A stretch of 64,000 bases of DNA from Desulfatiglandales bacterium (GTDB lineage: Bacteria; Desulfobacterota; DSM-4660; Desulfatiglandales; HGW-15). Position numbers and translations under genes: made by a program. How positions within the stretch are numbered: the first letter of the stretch is position 1; every line of letters begins with the position of its first letter. The stretch spans positions 448,001 to 512,000 of the forward strand of contig CAXXJJ010000001.1 of NCBI GenBank assembly GCA_963667015.2, in the 5' to 3' direction. Of the stretch, positions 1 to 8,952 are shown piece after piece. The notes beneath the pieces are model-generated. The model ran no database searches. It was not told the DNA's origin and was given only the letters and a program-made list of their open reading frames with translations.

Positions 1-28
1 CTTTCAACTTTTTATGCAGGAGTAAAAA

Positions 29-511
29 ATGGCATATGATTGGCAGGAAATCGACTGGAATGACCTTAATTCAAAGATAGGCCCACATTTTAGAGTCCAC
101 GAAGCATTGTGGCTTCCTTCATGGCGGATTTACCATATCGCCTCAGACGAAGAGAAGGCGAATATCGTCCAAATAACTGATTCTATGGAATTAATAAGGG
201 ACCTTTTCGGTTCGGCAATTATTATACACTGCTGGATACGTCCATTAAAAGTCAATGCCCCTGACACCCCTCATCACGGAAAAAATTATAACCGGCACAT
301 CGGATCCAGATCAACTAAATCAGCGCATATATTCGGCAGAGCCGTCGACTTCCACGTCTCAGGTCATTCAGGTCCTGAAGAATGTGCCATGGTGAGACAA
401 GAGATCCTGCCGCATCTTGAAGAATGGAATATCAGGATGGAAGATATAGAGGGCGGCTGGATTCATATTGATGACTATCCTGTTGTGCATCAGAGATTCT
501 TTAAACCCTGA
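29..511 (+). CDS. Peptidase M15 (D-Ala-D-Ala carboxypeptidase-like) family protein
   Basis: SxHxxGxAxDF motif (SAHIFGRAVDF) and C-terminal WIHID; RBS AGGAG upstream. Confidence 0.8.
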   Translation: MAYDWQEIDWNDLNSKIGPHFRVHEALWLPSWRIYHIASDEEKANIVQITDSMELIRDLFGSAIIIHCWIRPLKVNAPDTPHHGKNYNRHIGSRSTKSAHIFGRAVDFHVSGHSGPEECAMVRQEILPHLEEWNIRMEDIEGGWIHIDDYPVVHQRFFKP

Positions 512-545
512 CAGTTTAACAGCATTACCTTTAGAACCTTGAATC

Positions 546-614
546 TTTCACCCAGCTAAATCCGCAAAGCGGCATGCGGTGCATCAACACGCTTGGTATT
601 TGTTTAACCAGGGG
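546..614. repeat. Palindromic interspersed repeat, copy 1 (degenerate)
   Basis: TTTCACCCAGCTAAATCCGCA...TTTAACCAGGGG, related to the copies at 1636 and 8862. Confidence 0.6.
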
Positions 615-933
615 CAGACCCCAGTTGTTCATGGCCATGGGGACGTTAAAATAGTTAAAAATTTAAGTTTCATTATTTCTTTTCCGATATAAGCAATATC
701 TGTTCATTAATATTGAAAACTTGTGTTACAAAAAACTGAGATTCATACTAAATACTGGTCTTCGGGAGGGACAAACGGTTTAGGATATTACTCATGCTGC
801 AGATTTTTATACTTTTTTGCTCCTTCAAACCCTTATTGGCAATTTCCCTTGGTTGTAGCCTGTCTTCTTACCTTGCAGAAACCAATGCTGAATATACATT
901 GTTAAATACTAATTGAACTACTGGAGATTTATT

Positions 934-1371
934 ATGAAGTGGACGCTGATTTTTCGTGATGATGGGATACTGGAGATAAAGGCATTTGGAAATTTTTCAA
1001 ACATGGATTTAATATTTATGGCCGAACAGATCATTACCGACCCCAGATGGAAACCGGGTATCGATGCTGTGGCGGATTTCAGATTTGTCAGCAGTTACGG
1101 CATAAAGTTGAGCGATCTTTTTTTATCCAGCAATATACATAAACAGTTTGAGAGTATGGCTGGCAAAGGAAGAATTGCCGTGATCCTGAGTGACAAAACG
1201 AGTATGCTCTTAAGCCATGCCTATAAAATAATAGCATTCATGTACATGAAAATTAAATTAAGATCTTTTAACGATTATGACGCGGCTTTCAAGTGGCTTG
1301 CAGGCGAAAAGGATTATACAAGCGTATTGGAAATGAACGAAGAAGTTACCGGACCTTTCAAGTACAATTAA
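934..1371 (+). CDS. SpoIIAA/STAS-like hypothetical protein
   Basis: Size and pattern DPRWKPG..DFR...GRIAV...F.DYDAA.KWL; ATG at 934 after GGAG. Confidence 0.55.
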   Translation: MKWTLIFRDDGILEIKAFGNFSNMDLIFMAEQIITDPRWKPGIDAVADFRFVSSYGIKLSDLFLSSNIHKQFESMAGKGRIAVILSDKTSMLLSHAYKIIAFMYMKIKLRSFNDYDAAFKWLAGEKDYTSVLEMNEEVTGPFKYN

Positions 1372-1450
1372 AAAGTCGAAAGGCCGGATTTTGTGGCCGA
1401 GAATGGTAACGCTAGTTGAATCCGGCCTTTCTAAAGGGGATTACCCCTGT
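1370..1450 (-). ncRNA. Candidate small RNA
   Basis: Minus-strand TTGACA-N17-TATTCT promoter (1485-1457), then about 80 nt ending in a 13-bp stem (1378-1390/1419-1431) and a T run. Confidence 0.45.
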
Positions 1451-1635
1451 AGTCAAAGAATATGAGGAGAAGCCTCATATGTCAATATAGATATCTTAAA
1501 TATGTGTAAAATTATTGTAAAAGATTTGTAAAGATAAACATAATAAACTGTGGTATCGAATTTTTTTATTTCTATTAAAGTAAAGACACTGCATCTATGG
1601 TTTTCACTGACTTCCGGCTTTTAGTAATCTTGGAT

Positions 1636-1694
1636 ATTTCACCCAGTTAAATCCGCATGGCGGGTTGTGAAGCAACATTTAACAGGGGTGAATT
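1636..1694. repeat. Palindromic interspersed repeat, copy 2
   Basis: ATTTCACCCAGTTAAATCCGCATGGCGGGTTGTGAAGCAACATTTAACAGGGGTGAATT. Confidence 0.75.
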
Positions 1695-1778
1695 TTGAAT
1701 CAATACCCCTCTAACCGCCTTTCGCCTAAAACGCTTCCCTGGCCCGGCAAAGCCTTGGCGACGACGGGGCAGCTTTTC

Positions 1779-1806
1779 CTGACCTCCGACCTCCGATATC
1801 TGACCT
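1779..1806. repeat. Heptamer tandem repeat (CTGACCT-like x4)
   Basis: CTGACCT CCGACCT CCGATAT CTGACCT. Confidence 0.7.
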
Positions 1807-2074
1807 CTGGCTTTTCTTTTCTTGTATTTTTCATAAAAAAGCCTTAAAAATAAATAATTGTATCTTTTCGGGTATAATGAATTCATGCACGTAACCGCCA
1901 TAGCTTTCAAGCGAAGGTGGATTAAAGTCTTTTCAATATTAGCTGCTTTAAAATCATTATTAATTGATAACTGTTTATTGATAATTGTTTCAAACTTATG
2001 AACTTATGGGTGTCCCAATATTCCACCAATATTCCATTATTAGTTCGAACCGTTTATATTCAGAGTGAAGATAA

Positions 2075-2836
2075 ATGAAAAATGAACGTAGAAAATATAC
2101 TCCAGCAGAAGAATTATGTTTAACCACTCAAGTAGATGGAAGGTGTCCTTTGTGTGGATCAAACCTTTTTTACCAAAAAAAATCTAGCTCATATAAGAAC
2201 TATCAATTAGCTCATATCTACCCGCTTAACCCAACGCCTTCTGAGATTGAAGAATTAAAGGATGAAGAATTATTACACGCGGATATAAATCACCCGGATA
2301 ATATATTACCATTGTGTCTTTTATGTCACGGGAAATTCGACAAACCAAGAACTAAGGAAGAATATCGTAAATTAGCATCACTAAAAAAAATATTCTTAAC
2401 ACGTTCGAAGCAACAAGAACTGCATAAATCCTATCAAATTGAGAGTGATGTACTAAAAATTATAGAAGGTTTATATTCAGATGATCCGAAATTGCATGGC
2501 CTTGATCTTGAATATGATCCTAAAAGGTTAAGAGATAAATTTGACAACACTCTCACCCTGCCAACGCAAATGAAAATTAAACATAATGTTGCTGATTATT
2601 ATCGATATATTAAAGCTAAATTTTTAGAAATTGAACAAGAAAACCCAAATTCATCAGTATTAATTTACTCACAGGTTCGCACTTTTTATTTAAAACAAAA
2701 AGGTCTAGCCATCTCACAACAGGAAATATTTTCAAACATTGTGGATTGGTTAAATGAAAAGACCAACCCAGAAACTATAGAAGCTGCTGAGATTGTTACC
2801 TCATTTTTTATTCAAAATTGCGAGGTGTTTGAATGA
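2075..2836 (+). CDS. lmuA: Lamassu/ABC-3C effector: HNH nuclease with C-terminal ABC-3C domain
   Basis: CPLC...AHIYP...N.LPLC..CH..FD; C-terminal FFIQNCEVF; overlaps the next gene (ATGA). Confidence 0.75.
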   Translation: MKNERRKYTPAEELCLTTQVDGRCPLCGSNLFYQKKSSSYKNYQLAHIYPLNPTPSEIEELKDEELLHADINHPDNILPLCLLCHGKFDKPRTKEEYRKLASLKKIFLTRSKQQELHKSYQIESDVLKIIEGLYSDDPKLHGLDLEYDPKRLRDKFDNTLTLPTQMKIKHNVADYYRYIKAKFLEIEQENPNSSVLIYSQVRTFYLKQKGLAISQQEIFSNIVDWLNEKTNPETIEAAEIVTSFFIQNCEVFE

Positions 2837-3057
2837 TTACACCCAATAAAGTTGTGTCCATTGAAAAATCCGCACTAGGTTTAGTTTCAACTATACTAAA
2901 CCAAGGACCTGCGCCTTTGAAACTATTAAATCTTTATCAAAATGTATCAAAAAACTTTGAAAGCATTGACCAATTTTTACTTGCTATAGATCTGCTCTTT
3001 GTTCTTGGACGTATAGAGGTTAACTTTCAGACAGGAGTTATTCATTATGTTGGTTGA
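2833..3057 (+). CDS. lmuC: ABC-3C middle component (LmuC-like)
   Basis: 74 aa, MITPNK...F..A.DLLF.LG.I, between effector and ATPase. Confidence 0.7.
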   Translation: MITPNKVVSIEKSALGLVSTILNQGPAPLKLLNLYQNVSKNFESIDQFLLAIDLLFVLGRIEVNFQTGVIHYVG

Positions 3058-4654
3058 AATTCAGTGTGATAAATTTCGAACTCAGAGCATAACATTTCAT
3101 AAAGGACTTAATGCTATTTTAGGCGATGAGAATGCAACCAATTCGATTGGAAAATCTTCTTTATTAATGGTTATCGACTTTGTGTACGGGGGAAAAACTT
3201 TATTGACTTACAATAAAGATATCGTCGAAGAGTTGGGACATCACGATTATTTTATGTCTTTTAAATTCGATGAAGAAATTTATAGGTTTCGACGTGGAAC
3301 GTATGAACCCGATATTGTTTACAAGTGCGGTGTCGATTATACCCCTATTACACCTATCACTATTGAACAATATACAGCTTTTTTAAAAGCCGCATATGAA
3401 ATAAATATAGATGATATATCCTTCCGCTCATTTGTTGGATTATATCTCCGTGTTTGGGGTAAAGAAAACCTTAATGTACGTAAACCACTTCATATCGTCC
3501 AATCAATGTCTGGAAAAAATTGTGTAGATAATCTTATCAAAACTTTTGGTCGTTATAGCACATTAAAAGAATTGACGGGGAATTTGAAAAAGAAAGAAGA
3601 GGAAAATAAATCTTTAAAATCTGCAATTAAAAATCAGATAATACCGAAAATTAATAAGCGACATTACAAGGATAATGAAGAAAAAATTGATCTTCTTGAA
3701 TCTGAGATCAATGATATCAAAGTACATCTAGCAAAATATGCTACAAATATTGCAGAGGTTGTTAACCGAGAGATTCTAGAACTTAAAATTCAAAAAGATG
3801 ATCTCTTGGAAACCAAATTAAAGATCCAAAGTAAGTTATCCCGAATAAAGCGGAACATAAATGAAAATAGGCACATTAAAAGTAAACATTTTGATGGATT
3901 AATACATTTTTTTCCGGAAATAAATAAAGAGAAACTGACAAACATCGAAGAATTTCATAGCAAAGTTTCAAAGCTACTACGAATAGAGCTTCTCGAAACT
4001 GAAAAAGAGATTGAGGATCAATTATCTTTAATCAATGGTGAGCTTTCAGAAATAGACTTTAAAATGGCAAAGTCTTTAACTTCTGTTGATTCGCCTGACC
4101 AAATTATTGATCGTGTATATGATATATCAAAGTCTTTATACACCGCAAAAAACGAAAATACTTATTACAAAAATGAGGACGCATTAAAAAATGATATAAA
4201 AGCATTAAAAGAGGAGCTTTCAAATGAAAAGACAACAGTGATTAATCTATTACAGAAAACTATAAATGATAAAATAAAACGTATTGTCACTGCTGTTTTT
4301 AGTCCTGTCAGAAAAAGTCCTACCATTATGCTTAAAGAATCTAACTATTCTTATGAAGTCTTTGAAGATACTGGTACGGGAACAGCCTATGCTAGTTTGA
4401 TAGTTTTAGATTTGGCTATTTTCGACCTAACAATCATGCCTTTTATTGCTCATGACTCATTGTTGTTTAAAAATATCGAAAATGATTCTGTCGCAGAACT
4501 TTTTAAAGTTTATTCAGGTACTGAAAAGCAATCTTTTGTTGCAATTGATGAAGTAGATAAATATGGAGATAAAACGTCATCATTATTGCGCTCAAATAGT
4601 GTCATTCAATTGGATGATAAAAATGTTTTATATGTAAAAGATTGGCGTAAATAG
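3047..4654 (+). CDS. lmuB: SMC-like ABC ATPase (DUF2326 / LmuB-like)
   Basis: Walker A variant NSIGKSS, long coiled coil, signature DTGTG, FIAHDS Walker B region. Confidence 0.8.
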   Translation: MLVEIQCDKFRTQSITFHKGLNAILGDENATNSIGKSSLLMVIDFVYGGKTLLTYNKDIVEELGHHDYFMSFKFDEEIYRFRRGTYEPDIVYKCGVDYTPITPITIEQYTAFLKAAYEINIDDISFRSFVGLYLRVWGKENLNVRKPLHIVQSMSGKNCVDNLIKTFGRYSTLKELTGNLKKKEEENKSLKSAIKNQIIPKINKRHYKDNEEKIDLLESEINDIKVHLAKYATNIAEVVNREILELKIQKDDLLETKLKIQSKLSRIKRNINENRHIKSKHFDGLIHFFPEINKEKLTNIEEFHSKVSKLLRIELLETEKEIEDQLSLINGELSEIDFKMAKSLTSVDSPDQIIDRVYDISKSLYTAKNENTYYKNEDALKNDIKALKEELSNEKTTVINLLQKTINDKIKRIVTAVFSPVRKSPTIMLKESNYSYEVFEDTGTGTAYASLIVLDLAIFDLTIMPFIAHDSLLFKNIENDSVAELFKVYSGTEKQSFVAIDEVDKYGDKTSSLLRSNSVIQLDDKNVLYVKDWRK

Positions 4655-4770
4655 AGATAGATATTTGGTGTCGTTAGAAGAAAAATATGAACCTCTAGAA
4701 TAGTGGAGGGGGGCGACCTTAAAAAATAAAATTCACAATTTAGAAAGGTCGATTTTTTATATTATCAAGA

Positions 4771-4894
4771 GTATCAAGTGGGACGGTATCAAGTGGGACT
4801 TCCACAAATAAGTAAATAACTTCCTAAAACACATGACTTATTTACTTTTTTATGGTCGTCCCTGTGAACGTGTATGGTCGTCCCTGTGAACGTG
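4771..4894. repeat. REP-like palindrome flanked by short tandem duplications
   Basis: GTATCAAGTGGGAC x2; internal inverted repeat AAGTAAATAA/TTATTTACTT; TATGGTCGTCCCTGTGAACGTG x2. Confidence 0.75.
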
Positions 4895-4984
4895 TAAAAG
4901 TGAAACCTTAAAAACCATTTCTACTTATTCTCAGGAGTATAAAATGCCATGGGATATTAAAAAACTCATTCAAAAAAAATGTCA

Positions 4985-5057
4985 GGTGTCAGGCCTACAC
5001 AGTTCACATACATATCAACAATAGACTATTCCCTGTCAATTGTGTAGGCCTGACACC
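4985..5057. repeat. 17-bp perfect inverted repeat (REP-like)
   Basis: GGTGTCAGGCCTACACA ... TGTGTAGGCCTGACACC. Confidence 0.85.
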
Positions 5058-5112
5058 CTTGTTTTCAGGATATTGGGATTAACCATCGCTTTTGTACGAA
5101 GCGAGTAATACT

Positions 5113-5188
5113 GAGGAGCCTTGTGCGGGAAAACTGCACGTAGGGAACTGCGAGGGGGCGGTCAGGTAACTGGCCGTTCTACCTTGAT
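5113..5188 (+). mobile_element. Group II intron 3' remnant (domains V-VI)
   Basis: GAGGAGCCTTGTGCGGGAAAACTGCACGTAGGG (AGC triad), then GGGGGCGGTCAGGTAACTGGCCGTTCTACCTTGAT; no RT ORF nearby. Confidence 0.8.
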
Positions 5189-5209
5189 GGTCAAGATAGG
5201 AGGAACTGA

Positions 5210-5815
5210 ATGACATCACAGGGCTATCTTGAAGGAGTAAGAGTTTGTGAAGAATTAGAGAAGACAGGGCAAGATGCTGAATTGATTTTTTGTTTGCAAG
5301 GTCTCAAATCGTCCGAACAAGGTCAGGAGAGATTGTCAAAAGGGGATTTTGATGGCGTATTGAAATACTCTATAGAGGCAGAAAGTATATTCAGCAAAAT
5401 TCCTGAAGCAAAATACCTCTTGGCAATATGTAAGGCTGATATTTCTGCCGCTTATGGCGGACTGAAAAATTATGAACAGGTTGCGCGTTATGCGAAGGAG
5501 GCAATAGCTCTCGTCGAGGGATACGAGATGCTAATCTTCACCGAAGGCACAGCATATATGAATCTTGGGATGGCGCAAGTTCAATTAGATCAAGCTCAAG
5601 CTGCTCTCTCTAGTTTCGAAAAAGCATATAATTTGTTAAAAAAAGCACCAAATGGTACCAGATATCTTGATGCATTAAGAAACAATATCGAAATATTAAA
5701 AGAAACTAAAACTGATTCGGCGCCAGCCTCAAGTGGTTGCATGGTTTCAGTGCTCTTTATATTTGGGGGATTCCTTGGCGGTGCATACCTGTTATCAAGA
5801 ATCTTTGTGGTTTAA
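5210..5815 (+). CDS. TPR-repeat protein with C-terminal membrane anchor
   Basis: AYMNLG...A...FEKA repeats; hydrophobic C-terminus. Confidence 0.7.
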   Translation: MTSQGYLEGVRVCEELEKTGQDAELIFCLQGLKSSEQGQERLSKGDFDGVLKYSIEAESIFSKIPEAKYLLAICKADISAAYGGLKNYEQVARYAKEAIALVEGYEMLIFTEGTAYMNLGMAQVQLDQAQAALSSFEKAYNLLKKAPNGTRYLDALRNNIEILKETKTDSAPASSGCMVSVLFIFGGFLGGAYLLSRIFVV

Positions 5816-5920
5816 AAGGCCTTAGCTGATGATCGGGGCGCGGTTGCCCCAGACTTATAACCCGAATTGCCCCGCCTGCTACGGGATACAGTTTCAGGTG
5901 CCTATATATAAGGAGATTGC

Positions 5921-7315
5921 ATGATGAAATATAAATCCGATAGTCTTGGTTTTTCCTTTGAACTACCAGAGGGTTGGCACCGCGACGAACACAATCTAAC
6001 ATTAACGTTTTTCGGCCCCAATGGTCGCATCGGCTATATGTCAGAGTTAATACAAGTGCAATTTGGAACTATTCTCCCTCAGTATCATAGTCCATCAAGC
6101 AGAGAAAGGTTTATGGCCGAACCTGGAGCGAAAATCTTCCGGAGTAAACTTGGAGATGAATCAAATGTAGTAGTTCTCAAGAAGCCTACTGATACAGAAA
6201 TTACTGCTGTACACGATGGAGTGCATTACACAATAGCACATTCTAATGACGAAATAACGCAGAAGGCTGTTGAAAGATTGAAAGAATCTTTCAAATTTCC
6301 ATCAGCGGAAGAGGCAATAGAAGCCATTCAACGATCTAGTGTTCCTCAAAAGCAAGCTATCATGCGGGCCTTAAAAGCAGGTCCACCTGAACAAGCCAGA
6401 CGTGAGCTCAGCGAAGCTGGAATGCCACCAGTGGTTGATCGCCCAGGCTACACGATACACCAGGCAGGAACAATAAAACAATCCAATATTCCAAGATCAA
6501 ATACAAAGAATCCCAAATCTTGTGAATCAAAAACGGGTATGTCTGTTAACAACCTGGACTCAATTCACAAAAAAGCAGCAAGAGCAGGAGAGCTATGGAG
6601 AAATAAAGATTATATAGAAGCCCGTATTCTATACCAAGAAATAGAAAATATTATTTCGTTGCCTTTAGATAGGGCGAAAATCATTGGAAATATAGCGCAA
6701 CTCTACGGTGAAGAGGGAAATAAAACGAATGCAATCAACACAGCAAACGCAGCTATACAGATGATTAATGATAATGAACTATACAAAACGCTAGAAGGAA
6801 CTCATTTGCGTGGTTATCTAAACGGGTTTATAAATCGGCAGCAAGGCAAGGGCACTTGGGAGCCTCTACCGTACGATGTGAATATCCCAATTGAATTGAA
6901 TCTGAATGTTTTCGATAGAGTCCGAGCGCATTTTTCGGTAGCCGTAATCTCTGGGGTTATTTTTTCTATTTTAAGCTCAGAATTGAATATTCCCACGATT
7001 GACATATCCTTATTCCATAAAAAAATAATAGTGTTTTCCTTGGCTGGATTTTTGTTCAGCATTTTTTTTACATCTGGAATGTTGCAGCAATCAATAGTAA
7101 CGATAATGGCAATATCCAAAAGAGATGTGAAAAATAGTCTAAAGCCAGCGGTGAACTTGTTGACCGTTATTGCTTTATTGTATCTGATTGTTTTTTCATC
7201 TGCATTCTGGAGTATGGCAAGTGAAATAGTATTTTTTATCCTGACCGGGGTTCTTGGTGTTTGGATGTTTTACGGATTCATATATAGACGCCATTGTAGA
7301 AAGATTGATGAATAG
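5921..7315 (+). CDS. Hypothetical multidomain membrane protein (cassette-like)
   Basis: Long ORF with RBS, TPR-like middle and several C-terminal TM segments; immediately followed by an attC-like site. Confidence 0.6.
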   Translation: MMKYKSDSLGFSFELPEGWHRDEHNLTLTFFGPNGRIGYMSELIQVQFGTILPQYHSPSSRERFMAEPGAKIFRSKLGDESNVVVLKKPTDTEITAVHDGVHYTIAHSNDEITQKAVERLKESFKFPSAEEAIEAIQRSSVPQKQAIMRALKAGPPEQARRELSEAGMPPVVDRPGYTIHQAGTIKQSNIPRSNTKNPKSCESKTGMSVNNLDSIHKKAARAGELWRNKDYIEARILYQEIENIISLPLDRAKIIGNIAQLYGEEGNKTNAINTANAAIQMINDNELYKTLEGTHLRGYLNGFINRQQGKGTWEPLPYDVNIPIELNLNVFDRVRAHFSVAVISGVIFSILSSELNIPTIDISLFHKKIIVFSLAGFLFSIFFTSGMLQQSIVTIMAISKRDVKNSLKPAVNLLTVIALLYLIVFSSAFWSMASEIVFFILTGVLGVWMFYGFIYRRHCRKIDE

Positions 7316-7441
7316 ACCTAACATCAGCATCTACAAGGACATGCTATTATTTCGCCGAATCAATCTATAAAGGTTCGCGATTAACTCTAATAATAATCTT
7401 TAAAGGTATGCACCGCATGCCTGTAATGCAGCGCGTTGTGC
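7316..7441 (+). other. attC-like recombination site
   Basis: ACCTAAC...GCATCTACAAGGACATGC...GCACCGCATGCCTGTAATGC...GTTGTGC; same family as the 53-62 kb sites. Confidence 0.75.
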
Positions 7442-7453
7442 CCATGAAGACAA

Positions 7454-8461
7454 ATGATGAAATGTATTTATTGCCTCCAAGATAAACCGCCTAGTGCCTA
7501 TAAAAAGCGTGAGCATGTAATGCCGCAATGCTTTGGACGTTTTTCCCCTGATAATTTAATTCTTTACAGGTCTGTATGCGATGACTGCAATCAATATTTT
7601 GGCGATAAATTAGAACTTTTTCTTGGTAGGGATAGCTTCGAAAGCATAGAGAGAATAAAGCATGGTATTAATCCTAAAAAGCCACTAAAAAATAAAAGGA
7701 GAGTAAAAAGTAAAATTAAAGATGGCGAATGGAAAGGTACTATTGTAGAAGAAACCAAACCTGATGAGCCAGGACAAATTGGGATTAGAAATTCAATCCA
7801 AGCAGGCTTCTATAATAAATATAAAGATGAATATGTATACTATGAGCCCAAAGATATTCCGACTGCGGAACAATTAGAAAAAGAAGGTTTCGACCTGAAA
7901 AAAACTATTTGGATGTTCGCCGATGATGCAGAACTCCCTGAACTTATTGAAGTCCTTAAAAACAAAGGAATTAATATTTCGAAAGAAAACGATTTTATAC
8001 AACCTAGTAAACCACTTGGTTCAGTTCTCGTTGAAAGTGAAGTGACAATTGATAAGACAATTTATCGAGCGTTATCAAAAATTGCATTTAACTATTTGGC
8101 ATATGTAATTGGAAGTAGCTTTCTATTGCGAGTTGATTTTAATGATGTTCGTAAATTTATTAGGTTTGGTGAAGGTGACTCAAATAAATTTTTTGCTGTA
8201 AATGTTTCTCCGATACTATATGAGGACCAAAAAATAAAAAAATTAAAAGCAAAAACTACACAAGGTCACTTAGTAAATGTTGAATGGAGGAAAAATGCCA
8301 TAGTGTCCAAAATAAGTCCTTTTAATTCTCAGACTTATGCTGTTATGCTCTGCCCCAGCTATAAAGGTATATGGTTTCCAATAAAATCAGGGCACCATTT
8401 TGATATAAAATCAAAAACTGTGAGTAAACTTAATTCTATAAGTAAAAGACTACTTATTTGA
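7454..8461 (+). CDS. HNH endonuclease (cassette-like)
   Basis: CIYC...EHVMPQCFG...VCDDCNQYF. Confidence 0.75.
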   Translation: MMKCIYCLQDKPPSAYKKREHVMPQCFGRFSPDNLILYRSVCDDCNQYFGDKLELFLGRDSFESIERIKHGINPKKPLKNKRRVKSKIKDGEWKGTIVEETKPDEPGQIGIRNSIQAGFYNKYKDEYVYYEPKDIPTAEQLEKEGFDLKKTIWMFADDAELPELIEVLKNKGINISKENDFIQPSKPLGSVLVESEVTIDKTIYRALSKIAFNYLAYVIGSSFLLRVDFNDVRKFIRFGEGDSNKFFAVNVSPILYEDQKIKKLKAKTTQGHLVNVEWRKNAIVSKISPFNSQTYAVMLCPSYKGIWFPIKSGHHFDIKSKTVSKLNSISKRLLI

Positions 8462-8861
8462 GATATGAAAACAAAACATGAAAAAGGTGACGTTGTTAAG
8501 TTTTAAAGTTTATTGTGAAAAGCGGGGCCATCCATTAGAGGATAAGCCAGAATTTGGGTTTGAGCAGATGGTAGAGAGGAAAGGGGTCAGATCTCCTATT
8601 AGCTCTTGTTTGAAAAAGTAGATGTTGTGCCTTGAATCTTGAATAGAATAGAAGCCAATGTGGTTGATGGGACTTCCTCTCGACTTACAGACTCAAATGT
8701 CAAATAGGGGTCGTATTTCAAAATCTTATTTAGAAAAAATGGTAGAATCAAATCTTCAATTTTAATGGCGAAGTAATTGAAACCATAAAAAAGGCATAGG
8801 CTATAGCGGATTAGACTGTAGGCTAAAGGAAAAACGAAAATACTAACAGCCCTCAGCCTTT

Positions 8862-8910
8862 ACCCCTGTTAAATCCGCATGGCGGGCTGTAAATCAGCAT
8901 TTAACGGGGT
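8862..8910. repeat. Palindromic interspersed repeat, copy 3
   Basis: ACCCCTGTTAAATCCGCATGGCGGGCTGTAAATCAGCATTTAACGGGGT. Confidence 0.75.
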
Positions 8911-8952
8911 GAAATACTCCAGCCTATTCTAAAACCAACGAAAGGTGACAAT

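Noticed and set aside
1647..1910. 87-aa minus-strand ORF
   Set aside because: Runs through repeat elements and low-complexity sequence.
5113..5188. Group IIC-attC intron
   Set aside because: Domain V is full length with an AGC triad, unlike class C, and it is not inside a recognisable attC.
5816..5920. attC between the TPR gene and the 5921 gene
   Set aside because: GC-rich partial palindrome without convincing core boxes.
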